Below are positions 1 through 10,594 of a stretch of 64,000 nt of DNA, one piece after another. Source of the stretch: Paraspadella gotoi (taxonomy: Eukaryota; Animalia; Chaetognatha). The stretch covers positions 397,083 through 461,082 of the forward strand of contig JBJCIZ010000282.1 in NCBI GenBank assembly GCA_051294375.1. The letters are read 5' to 3'. Below the pieces are notes generated by a model that had not been told where the DNA came from, made no database searches, and saw only the letters and a list, made by a program, of their open reading frames with translations. The number at the start of each line of letters is the position of its first letter. The stretch's first letter is position 1. The translations under genes and the position numbers were made by a program.

Positions 1-70
1 ATATATGTTGCTTATTATATGCTTTATCTCATATCATCATCGACGNNNNNNNNNNNNNNNNNNNNNNNNN

Positions 71-365
71 AGTCTCTCATCAGGGAAAAGAGGTAAGAAG
101 GGTAAGGAATGTAATGGTAATTGGAAAACAGATATAACAAAGGGTATCAAGGGTACATAAAAGGGAGAGAAGGGAGAGGGAAGGTTTTCAGACCCCGAGA
201 CCGAGAGGAGAAGTTGAGAGAGTGTGTCCGATCTCCAAGACTCTATCCGTGACTCCAGGGATGAAGAGGAGGGGACGACGAGGGGAGGAGGAGGCGTTGA
301 GAGAGGGAAGAGAAGGCCCGGGGGAGAGAGAGGTTCTGGCGGTAAGGTGAGCCTCTATCTTGCAT
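71..365 (-). mobile_element. Penelope-like element remnant (GIY-YIG C-terminus and pLTR-like tail)
   Basis: Minus strand reads KIEAHL...PSLN...PPLHPW, resembling the PLE endonuclease end (ExxxI...PSLN...W). It ends in CTGATGA at the gap. Related copies at ~27915-28260 and ~34635-34990. Confidence 0.55.
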
Positions 366-545
366 TGTATAATTGTATAATTGTATAATTGTATAACAAT
401 AAGAAAAAGTTTTAAACTGATGAATATTAGTGAAATATAACAATTAATCTACTTAATAATTAGTAAGAATGAAACAGGAAATTTGAAATTGAAAGGATTG
501 ATTTGAGAGATGAGTTAATAAGTAATAAAGTGAAATTGAAGAGTA

Positions 546-832
546 AAGATAGAGCTCAAAATGAACTAGCATAGCAGGGGATCTCCACCTCAGTGACGAC
601 CCGCGGTTCTCTGCACGAGCAGCTGGTGAAACCGAAAGATAAAATCCCCAGAACCATGCTGCTGTACAGACTTGGTTACCCGTGCCTGCACAGGCCGCCC
701 AATAGACGGCTCCTGATTTTTTCGTTCTGGGGATTTTATCTTTCGGTTTCACCAGCTGCTCGTGCAGAGAACCGCGGGTCGTCACTGAGGTGGAGATCCC
801 CTGCTATGCTAGCTCATTTTGAGCTCTATCTT
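546..832. repeat. Near-perfect 109-bp inverted repeat (69-nt loop) made of a Penelope linker/GIY fragment
   Basis: Arms 546-654 and 724-832. Minus strand translates to LHEQLVKPKDKIPRTKKSGAVYWAAC, matching the PLE motif LVxPKDxxPxxxKSGxVYxxxC. Confidence 0.8.
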
Positions 833-840
833 GGTTCCAT

Positions 841-1096
841 TGGGATTCCTCCCAACAGGATTCCTCCCACGCGGGATTCCTCCCACGCGGGATTTCTCCC
901 ACACGGGATTCCTCCCACACGGAATTTTTCCCATGCAGGATTCCTCCCACACGGGATTCCTCCCATGCGAGATTCCTCCCATGCGGGATTCCTCCCATGT
1001 GGGATTCCTCCCACTCGGGATTCCTCCCACACGGGATTCCTCCCACGCGGGATTCCTCTCACACGGGATTCCTCCCACGCGGGATTTCTCCCACGT
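841..1096. repeat. Tandem array of a ~17-bp unit (CGGGATTCCTCCCACAC/GC)
   Basis: About 15 units are directly visible. An inverted copy lies at ~27163-27425. Confidence 0.95.
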
Positions 1097-1291
1097 CCAA
1101 TAGAAAAAAAAACAAGTTTGAGCAAACAATGTCGGATCTGCCTACGATAATTAAGTGGTAATAAGCTCACTTGGTCAACTTGCATAATTTAATCAACTTG
1201 CATTATTTGGTCAACTGGCATAATTTGGTCAACTTACATAAAATAATAAGCAGTAGAATAGTATTGTCAATGTTTAACTTTTGATAATTAC

Positions 1292-2443
1292 CTTAATAGG
1301 AAATAACAATGCAGCGGTTTTAGTATCCTCACTTTTATCTATAATAAAGCCATAGCACAAGTATGGTTTTTTGTTATCAAACTCGGTAACTTCCCCAGGT
1401 GATCCAGGCTCATATAATATATCTGCAGTTCTACTATTAGAACAGTCTGGATAATTCGATCCAAAAAATTTAAAATTAGTTTTTTGTAATGGTGCCTTAT
1501 TTTTAACTGTATGAATCTGAAAAGCAAAAATAACTATGGGAGAAAAAAATTTAAAAAAAATCATTTTCGGCCACTTATTGTCAAGAGTAGACTCCCAATA
1601 TTTTTTATTATTTTCACAATTTGTATTTTTAAAGGCACAGTCAGTTCTTGAATCGTGGGGATTATTTGATCCTGATGTCCCTGAAAAAAAGACCTCTCCA
1701 ATTTCAGAGCCAGGATCACATCTATCACATATAGCACTTCCTTTTATACTTTTCCTAGAATTAAAGCATTTTTTACATTGTTTTTGACCATGCTTATCTT
1801 GATAATAATTTTCTGGGCATGGTTTACAAGTAGAAGTTTTATAATTAGGGGCAACAGTACCAGGTTGACAAAAATGACATTTATTTTGCTTTTTCTTATC
1901 TTGATATTTTCCAGGAATGCATTTTTCACATACAGTTGAGCCTTCCTTTGCTGAAAAAGTGCCAGTGACGCAATCAAGACAGGATTGTTGTCCAGGTTTT
2001 GATTGATATGATCCTGCTTTGCATTGTTCACATTTCCAGCTAAGAGGCTTACTTGTAAATGTTCCTGGAGAACACATCTCACAAATAATGCTACCATCCC
2101 TTGCGCTATATTGACCTAAAGGACATGGTTTGCATATTTTACCAACATAAAGTGGTTGAAAATATCCTTTGGGACAGGGTTTACATTTAGCAGCAGCATG
2201 CTTGGACACTTTTCCTTTTCCGCAATTGAAACATTTAGAACCTCCATATTTTGGTTGATATGTTCCAGCAGTACAGGGCTTACAAGGTTTATATATACTA
2301 ATAGCAACAAACCCTGGAGAACAAGGTATGCATTCTTTTGCCCCAAGTTTATCACTGTATGATCCAATTGGACACTGTGGGCATTTATAACTTCTTTTTG
2401 GATCGTTACTTGCTGATCCTTTTGCACATTTATAGCATTTATT
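1292..2443 (-). CDS. Large coding exon: tandem GCC2/GCC3 (ephrin-receptor-like) Cys-rich repeats plus a probable F5/8-type C/galactose-binding-like domain
   Basis: Repeated CxxCxxGx(Y/F)(Q/S)xxxGxxxCxxC. The frame is open from acceptor TTTTTTTAG|2443 to donor AAG|GTAATT at 1292 (1152 nt, phase 0-0). C-terminal YWES...WPKMIFFKF..P..IFAFQI...NFKFFGSN resembles a discoidin-like fold. Confidence 0.85.
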
Positions 2444-2829
2444 CTAAAAAAATGTATATTTAAAGAAAATTTAATAAATATTTATTGATTTGTATATTTG
2501 TATTTGTAGGAATAAGCTCTGACAAAAAATCCAGAGGTTTTTTTAATATATTCTTTTACCGGCCAATGTAGAATGATGGCAATATTGCTATTGTTAAGTT
2601 TTAAAAAAATCTGATCACAAATATAGAAAATATTAACCAAAATCTTCGGAAAATCCACCCCTTCTTTGGAAGATTTTCGCCAGAGTAGATTTTTCCCCAA
2701 TCTGACTCCCGGTTGAAAACTCTTAGAATTCTGATTGTTAGCTCCTTTTTTACTTTTACTTTAAATAAAAATTTTACCAAAATGGACTAATTCACTTTAC
2801 CATGATCGTATCATATTAAAATAACTAAA

Positions 2830-3150
2830 TAAAATGTAAAGAAAAATTTTGAGAGCCCTTCAGACCAATGGCTATCAGATTCCTGAATTTGAAGTTTATT
2901 GTAAAATCACAACATATGTTAAATGCATTGACATTGTATTGAAGTTGAGAAATCCCTTTATTTTATATATAAAAATTGCATCGAAAATATTTTCCCCGAG
3001 CGGACCAGTCCATTTGAATCTGATGGTTTGATGTCAAAACGAGGGTTATTTGTCAAGAGAAAATAATGCGAGCCCTTCAGATGCAACAGGATTGGAATCG
3101 AGTGTTTTTACATCTATTTTTTACCTGAATTTTTCCCAGGAGCGTTTACA
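2830..3150. repeat. Dispersed repeat, with a diverged inverted copy at ~52970-53335
   Basis: Shared blocks GAGCCCTTCAGA, GACCAGTCCATTTGAATC and TGATGGTTTGATGTCAAAA in reverse complement. Confidence 0.7.
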
Positions 3151-3392
3151 TTGTTTGGTAGTCAGATTCTCCATTGAAAAAGTCTTCCTTGATTTCTAAG
3201 AACGACGTAGACTCCTAGTATTTGTATTTATATTTATATTTGTATTTGTATATGTGTTTTTAATCGAAACTGTTTATAAGCAGATCCCGACTCTATAATT
3301 CACTCTGTCGGTTTGTCGGTCCACCTCTCAATCTTGTTGGGCATTCACTTATATCATGTCAGAACATCGAATTATGATAAATTATGAAAAAA

Positions 3393-4215
3393 AACAAGTT
3401 AAAGCAAACAATGTCGGATATGCCCACGATCATTATCGATAATAAATTAATTAATAATTAAATAATTCAGTTTATTAATTAATTAATTTGATCCCAAATG
3501 TTTGGTTTTAGGAATTTTTGTCACTAACTACGACAAAAACAATGATGATGAAAATAATGCCGATAACGTTTGACTTGATTGATTTACTGATTAATTGAAT
3601 ATTAATTAATTAATTAATTAATTGAATAATTTATTAATTAACTAATTAATTATTTGATTAATTATTACATCTTGCATTTACATTTGATATAAAAGGAAAA
3701 AAAGAATAATCAATTAGTGAAACTGGTTTTTTGATTTTCCATTTAAACTCATTTCCACTCAAACCATTCCATCGAAACTTGATTTCCTGCTTAATCACAC
3801 GCTTTCCTACCCACATACAAAATTCCAGTTCAATCGCCCCATCCACTCATGAGCAATTGCTGTTCAGATTGTGAAATATATTTTTTGTTGTTTTCCATTT
3901 AAACTCATTTTCACTCGGACGATTCAATCGAAACTTCATATCCAGGTCAATCACACACAAAGTTTCAATCCAATCCTTCCATCCAGTCACGAGTAATTGG
4001 TGTTTTTTGGACGGACGGACGGATGGACGGATGGACAGACGGAGGATGGATGGACGGACGGACGGACAGATGGATGGACGAACAACTTTTTTTGCATACT
4101 TTATCCTAATTTGACATGTTATAAGTGAGTGCCCGACAATATTTAGGGCGCGGACCGATGGACCAACAAAGTGAATTATAGAGTCAGGATCTGCTAATAA
4201 GCAGATCTGACTAAA
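3393..4215 (-). mobile_element. DINE-1/HINE-like non-autonomous Helentron, complete copy
   Basis: 5' hairpin-forming sub-TIR (TAGTCAGATCTGC...GCAGATCCTGACT), (GTCC/GTCT)n tract, ~160-bp central repeats, then 3' sub-TIR GCATATCCGAC with a T-rich end. Confidence 0.75.
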
Positions 4216-4550
4216 AATGATGTTCATTCGTCTGTCCATCTGTCTGTCCGTTTGTCGGTCCGTCCATATGTCCCACCTTAGCAAAAAACTTGAATTACTC
4301 GTGATTGGATTGATGGATTTGCATGAAATTTTGTGTGTGGGTAGGGAAGTGTATAATTGAGCTAGATATAAAGTTTCAATGGACTCGTGTTAGTGGAAAG
4401 AGTTTAAATGAAAAAAACAAAAAAAATATATTTCACTAGTGGAGGATGGAATTTTTAATGATAAGAATTTAACTCATCCATGCTACTAAAATTTCAAAAG
4501 ACAAAATAATATTTCATAAAATGATACCATCGCAGGAAATGGACCAGTAG

Positions 4551-4630
4551 ATGGATCTGATAGACCAAATGGTTTGCCTCTCTTGGCTTTTCCGTCTTTT
4601 CTTCTGATTGAAGGTCGAGGCGCTGGGAAC

Positions 4631-4663
<33 letters not shown>

Positions 4664-5665
4664 GGGCGGTCCCCCGCTCCCCCGATCCCCCGCTCTCCCG
4701 ATCCCCCGATCTCCGTCGGCGAAGAAGAGAAAGGCGGAGGAGGAGGTGGAAGGGGAGGCGGAGGATGAAAATAAGAGGATGAGGAGGAGCGGCATCGAGT
4801 TGGACTCAGCGGCGGCGACCATTCTCGATCGACAGAGGATTGCCATCGAGCGGCAGCGACGACTACGAGCCAACAAGTCGACGACGATGACCGGCAACAA
4901 ACGCCCCTCTTCCCTACCCTTGGACGGAGAAGCCGCGATCCCCGCCAAGCGTTATCGTTGGGAGCTTCATCCCGACCCGAACGCCAAGCGGTATCTCGTT
5001 CGTCGCGAGATCAATCCGGCGACAACGACGTCAACGACGGTCGGCGGCGACGACGATGAGGAAGAGGAGGAAGAAAAGACGCCGACGGCAACGACGAAGA
5101 ATGGGAAAACGGTGTCCTTTCGACTCCCTCCCCGAGACGACGACGATGATGAGGAAGAGGAGGAAAAAGAGAAGGTAAAAACCGAAGAAACCTCCTCTTT
5201 TCCTCCTCGCGTCGTTGAAACGGATCGGTTCATAGACTCGGCCCTCCAACGTCTGCTCCCTCCAAAAAAAAGAAGGATCCTCGACGAACATTACCAAAAC
5301 CCCGAGCAGCCTCGACGCTCCGAGAAGTGGCTCGTCGACGACGGAGAGATTCTGCATCAGGAGGAGGACCAGGAAGCCGGGATCCGCTCCGCCGCACCTC
5401 CGGGACGATCCCGGGATCCGTCTCTGATAAGACCGAAGTGGCCCCCGATTACGAGGAGGACGAAGAAGAAGGAGGCGGGGGAGACGAAGAAAGCGAGGAC
5501 GAAGACGACGAAGGGGGAGAAGGCGCTCTCCTCATAGACGACGACGAGAACGATCTAGAGGTCTACGACGAAGAAGAACTCGAGGCGGACGCCAAAGTCG
5601 CCTATTATTCGCGACGAGGATTGGAAAAAGAAGTCGGGGACGTCGCTCCGGGACGCCGGCGTTAA
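4551..5665 (+). CDS. Orphan GC-rich gene, basic/acidic low-complexity protein with NLS-like motifs; probable 42-nt intron and a frameshift
   Basis: 309-aa ORF 4608-5537 (AKKRK, PPKKRR) overlaps an acidic ORF 5327-5665. ATG 4551 joins in frame across GT(4572)...AG(4613), an interval that contains an in-frame TGA. Confidence 0.5.
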
Positions 5666-5675
5666 CTACCGGTAC

Positions 5676-5903
5676 TCTCTCTCTCTCTCTCTCCCCCCTT
5701 AATTTTTTGGTGTGTATATATAACATAACATACTAATATAACAAAAATTCTCTCTCTCTCTCTCTCTATCCCCCTTAATTTTTTGGTGTGTATATATAAC
5801 GTAACATACTAATATAACAAAATTGTCTCTCTCTCTCTCTCTCTCTTTACCCCCCTTAATTTTTTGGTGTATATATAACGTAACATACTAATATAACAAA
5901 AAT

Positions 5904-5937
<34 letters not shown>
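5676..5937. repeat. Three ~65-70-bp tandem units, each (CT)n + CCCCTTAATTTTTTGGTGTGTATATATAAC...
   Basis: Directly visible, immediately after the stop of the orphan gene. Confidence 0.9.
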
Positions 5938-5940
<3 letters not shown>

Positions 5941-6102
5941 ATGTTTCTCGAATTTTAAAAAAAACATCAAATTATCGCTTCGTATTGTCTCTCTAACAAA
6001 ATTATTTACTAATATTTCTAGGTATCGGGGAGTCTTGTTTTGTAAATATAATTATAATATATCCCCGAGTTATAAAAAATGTTTTTTTGTTTCTCTGTAT
6101 AG

Positions 6103-6885
6103 TTTTTAGGCGGATTTGCTTATCAGCAGATCCCGACTCTATAACTCACTTTGTCGGTCATCGGTCCGCCCCTCAATATTGTCGGGCACACACTTATATC
6201 ATGTCAGAACATCGAATTATGAATAATTTATGCAAAAAAACGATGTCCGTCCGTCTGTCTGTCTGTCGCGTACGTCCCGTCCGTCCGTCGTCCGTCCGTC
6301 TCCGTCCGTCCTCGTCTGTCCGTCGTCCGTCCTGCCGTCCGTCGTCCGTCCCACCTTAGCAAAAAACTCAATTACTCGTGATTGGATGGATGGATTGGTA
6401 TAAAATTTTGTGTGTGGGTAGGAAACTGTGTGATTGAGATGGATATGAAGTTTCGAGGGAATCGTGCGAGTGGAAATTGGTTTAAATGGAAAAAACAAAA
6501 AAATATATTTCACTATTTGAACGCCAATTGCTTATGAGTGGATAGGGCAATTGACTTGAAATTTTTGTATGATGGTAGGAAAGTGTGTGATTGAGCTGGA
6601 TATAAAGTTTCGATGGAATACGCGAGTGGAAATGAGTTAAAATGGAAAAAACAAAAGTAATATTTACTTGAATTATTTTTACTTAAATTTACTTATAATT
6701 AGATGTTTATTAAAATAATAGATAAATCGAAATTGAATTTTTGTGTGTGGGTAGGAAAGTATGTGATAAAGCTGGATATAATTTTTGATGGAATCGTAGG
6801 AGTGGAAAAGAGTTCAAATTAGAAAACCAAAGACACATTTATTTGAATTTTTTAAAGTTTTTCTCTCTCTATCTCTCTCTGATTG

Positions 6886-6919
<34 letters not shown>

Positions 6920-9862
6920 CACAATTATGCCAATTGACAAAAATATGCCAGTTGAACAAATTCTTAAAGTTGACCAAATTATGCCAGTTTGACCAAATTC
7001 TGCAAGTTGATCAAGTTCTGCAAGTTGACCAAATTATGCCTGTTGACCAAATTTATGCCAGTTGACCAAAATTAGGCCAGTTGATTAAAATTATGCGGTT
7101 GACCAAATTATGCCGTTGACAAATTATCTTAATTGTTCAAATTAGGTCAGTTGACCAAATTATGTCAGCAGACCAAATTATGTCAGTTAACCAAACTATG
7201 TCAGTTGACCAAATTATGCAAGTTGATTAATTTATGCAAGTTGACCAAGTTAGCTTATTACCACTTAATTATCGATTGACCTGGAATTTTGTATGTGATT
7301 AGAAAAGTGTGTGATTGAACAGGAAACCAAGTTTCGATGGAATCTTTTGAGTGGAAATGAGTTTAAATGGAAAAAAACAAAAAACCTGTTTCACTATTTG
7401 ATTATAATTCTTTTTCCTTTTATATTAAATGTATATGCAGGATGTATTAATAAATCAAATAATTAATCAGTTAATTAATCAATTAGTAAATAAATTAATC
7501 AATAATTAATTAATTAGTCAATCAATCCATCCATCCGTCCCACCTTAGCAAAAAGCTCCAATAACTCGAGATTGGCTGCTTGGATTGGAATGAAATTTTG
7601 TGTGTGTGTAGGAAAGTGTGTGATAAAACTGGATATAAAGTTTCGACGGAATCGTGTGAGTGGAAATGAGTTTAAGTGGAAAAAACATAAGTCGCATTTA
7701 CTAAAATATTTTTACTTATTTCAACTATTATGTACTCTAATTAATCATAATTGGATGGATATATTTAGTTCAAATTTTTTGTGTGGGTAGAAAAATGTGT
7801 AACGACGCTTGATATTAAGTTTCGGTGGAAACGTACGACTGGAAATGAGTTTAAATGAAAAAAATATGAGTCACATTTACTTGAATTTTTTTACTTATTT
7901 TAACCCATAATAGATTGAGATGAAATTTTGTGAGCGGGTAGAAAAGTGTGTGAAGAAGCTAGATATAAAGTTTTGACGGAATTGTGCCAGTGGAAAGGAG
8001 TTTAAATGGAAAAAACATAAGTCACATTTACTTTAATATTTATTATTTATGATTACTAATTTATGATTACTAATAAATATTTTAATTAATTAATTAATTA
8101 ATTAATGTGAAAAAATTATGCAAATTAAAAAAATTATGCAAGTTGAAAAAATGATGCAAGCAGAAAAATGATGCAAGTTAAAAATATCCTAAAAGCATAA
8201 GGAGAGAGAGAGAGAGAGAGAGAGCAGAAAAATGAGCATAAGGATCGTCGCAATTGCAAAGAGAGAGAGAGAGAGAGAGGGAGAAAGATAGAGAGAGAGA
8301 GCAGAAAAATGAGCATAAGGATCGTTGCAATTGCAAAGAGAGAGAGAGAAAGAGACAGACAGAGTCGGAGATAAAAATTAGCAAGTAAAAAAGTTGTTAT
8401 TTTACTCACTGAATAAAAATACTTACAAAAACATAAAATTGATAAAATTATATTCTGATAACATTGTTTAATCACATGCAATATATCTAGTAAGGCGGGC
8501 CAAAATTGAACACTTTTTATAACTTCGAGTTCTCTCAAAAATTTTTTTTTCCTTCTACTACTAAATCGATTTTCAATGTAACTTTTTGAATTAGTTCATT
8601 GGGTTGTTGCTTGAAGGTTTTAAATATTTATTAATATATAACAAATGACAAAAAAAAATTTTAAATTTGATTTTTTAAGAACGGGTTTCTTAAAGCTTAA
8701 AAAGTTAAATGAAAGTTAGTAGCTATAATTTTTTCAAATTTGACAATAAATTGGTTAAAAATAGAAAAAAACCTTAAAAACCATCATCATCATCATTATT
8801 GCTGAATTTTATTTTTTAAATTTTTCATTAATAAACAAAAAAATTTTAAAAAGTTGTATTAAATAACCTTTATCTAACTTTTAAAGCTCTATCAGAATCT
8901 TTAAAACTTGATAAGCAAATTTTATAAAAATTATTTTCATTTTCATATTATTTAATAGTCGCTTACATTATTTATTTGAGAGAACTTCTAGTTTTAACCT
9001 GTTTCCGCCTAATATCTAGTAAGGCGGCCAAAATGGAACAATTTTTATAACTTCTAGTTCTCTTTAAATTTTTTTTCCTTTTACTACTAAATCGATTTTC
9101 AATGTAACTTTTTGAATTAGTTCATTGGGTTGTTGCACTGAAAGCTTTTAAATATTTAATAATATATAATAATTATATAAAGTTTGACGGAAGTGTGCCA
9201 GTGAAAATGAGTTTAAGTTGGAAAAAACTTAAGTCACATTTACTTGAATCTTTAGTATTAATGATTACTATTAAATGTTTTAATTAATTAATTAATTAAT
9301 TAATTAATTATTGTGGAAAAAATGATGCAAGTTAAAAAAATCTTAAAAGCATAAAGATCGTCGCAATTGCATAAAAAGAGAGAGGAGAGAGAGAGAAGAA
9401 GGAGACATAAATAAAATAGAGGATTGAAGAGACAGTAATTATTGTTTGTGTTAGTGACAAGAACCGTTCATATACAAGCAGTCCTGAGCTTCGGATTCAG
9501 GCTGTAACACTATGTTACAGGCGGGTTAAGCGCCCCGTCCCTCTTAAACTGCTAGGCGACCACCGGGCTAGAACCCCGGACCTTTGGGTTGGGAGGCGAA
9601 TGTCTTGCCTCCGGCACCAATGGCCGCTGATGAACGGTTGGTGGATTTTAGTCCACCATAGGATATTTGTTTGTTTTGATAAAATGTAAACAAGACATAT
9701 TTAATAACTGACCTAACCAATTTTAAGGACATCGATGATGATAAGTTGAATATAAATTTAAAATTAATTATTACATTTTAAAATTAATTAATTAATTAAT
9801 CGATTAATTAATTAATTAATTAATTATCGTAGGCAGATCAGACATTGTTTGCTCAACTTGTT
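6103..9862 (+). mobile_element. Long DINE-1/HINE-like element (or nested copies) with internal tandem repeats
   Basis: 5' GGCGGATTTGC-TTATCA-GCAGATCCCGAC, (CCGT)n, many ~150-165-bp repeats, a ~19-bp GTTGACCAAATTATGCCA array (6925-7250), and 3' GCAGATCAGACATTGTTTGCTCAACTTGTT. Confidence 0.7.
9425..9660 (-). mobile_element. Solo LTR of the tRNA-containing TRIM (tRNA-like part 9556-9627)
   Basis: Homologous to the LTRs at 54209-54895. Flanked by 4-bp TSD GGAT (9421-9424, 9661-9664). The paralogous empty site has a single GGAT at 20775-20778. Confidence 0.85.
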
Positions 9863-10097
9863 CATGATATTAATAATAAAATGATAGAAATGTAAAAATT
9901 AAAAAATTCTTTTTCTTTTTTCTCTTTCTCGATAAGAAAATTTTTGGTTCCAACCCCCCCTCGTAGTTAAGAGAAAGATGAGGGGGCTGAAAAACGATCC
10001 ATCGAAGACGCGACCGAGCAACCAACAGACCGGTCCTGGAAAACGTTTTTTCCGTTAGGTAAAAGTAATAAATCACGGATGATGGTTTGACGAGAAT

Positions 10098-10143
<46 letters not shown>

Positions 10144-10179
10144 TGAATCTCGAATCTCCTCGAACTCGAATCTCGAATC

Positions 10180-10245
<66 letters not shown>

Positions 10246-10594
10246 CCAATTCAAATTTCGAATCTCGGATCTCTCTCTCTCTCCTCTTCTCTCTCTCTTC
10301 TCGATCCATTCGAATTTCGGATCTCGGATCTTCGTCTCTCTCTCTCTCCTCTCTCTCTCTCTCAGACCAAAACCGAATGGAAGAAAAAAACGCTAGCTGA
10401 AGACTGTGGGGAAAAGACTATCGATTTTTAATAGGTAAAAAAAGTAACGATTTCATTATATGTACATATATTTACAAATGAACAATGACAGAATAGAAAA
10501 TTATTTACAAATTATCATCAAAAATAATATGACGGAATAGAAAATTATTTACAAATTATTATTGAAATTACCGCCGACGATAAAATACAAAAAA

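Noticed and set aside
593-1185. Several long ORFs on both strands (also 26842-27616)
   Set aside because: Produced by the stop-free 17-bp and 12-bp tandem arrays and the hairpin.
2116-2427. Separate ORF suggesting a frameshift in the Cys-rich gene
   Set aside because: The Cys-rich frame is open upstream of 2209 to the acceptor at 2443; this ORF is an alternative frame.
6340-8030. CRISPR-like repeat/spacer array
   Set aside because: Degenerate ~160-bp tandem units inside a eukaryotic TE, with no unique spacers or cas genes.
9556-9627. Functional tRNA-Gly gene or ordinary SINE
   Set aside because: Anticodon stem is mispaired; the unit is embedded mid-LTR in copies with fixed termini, PBS/PPT and 4-bp TSD, with no A-rich tail.
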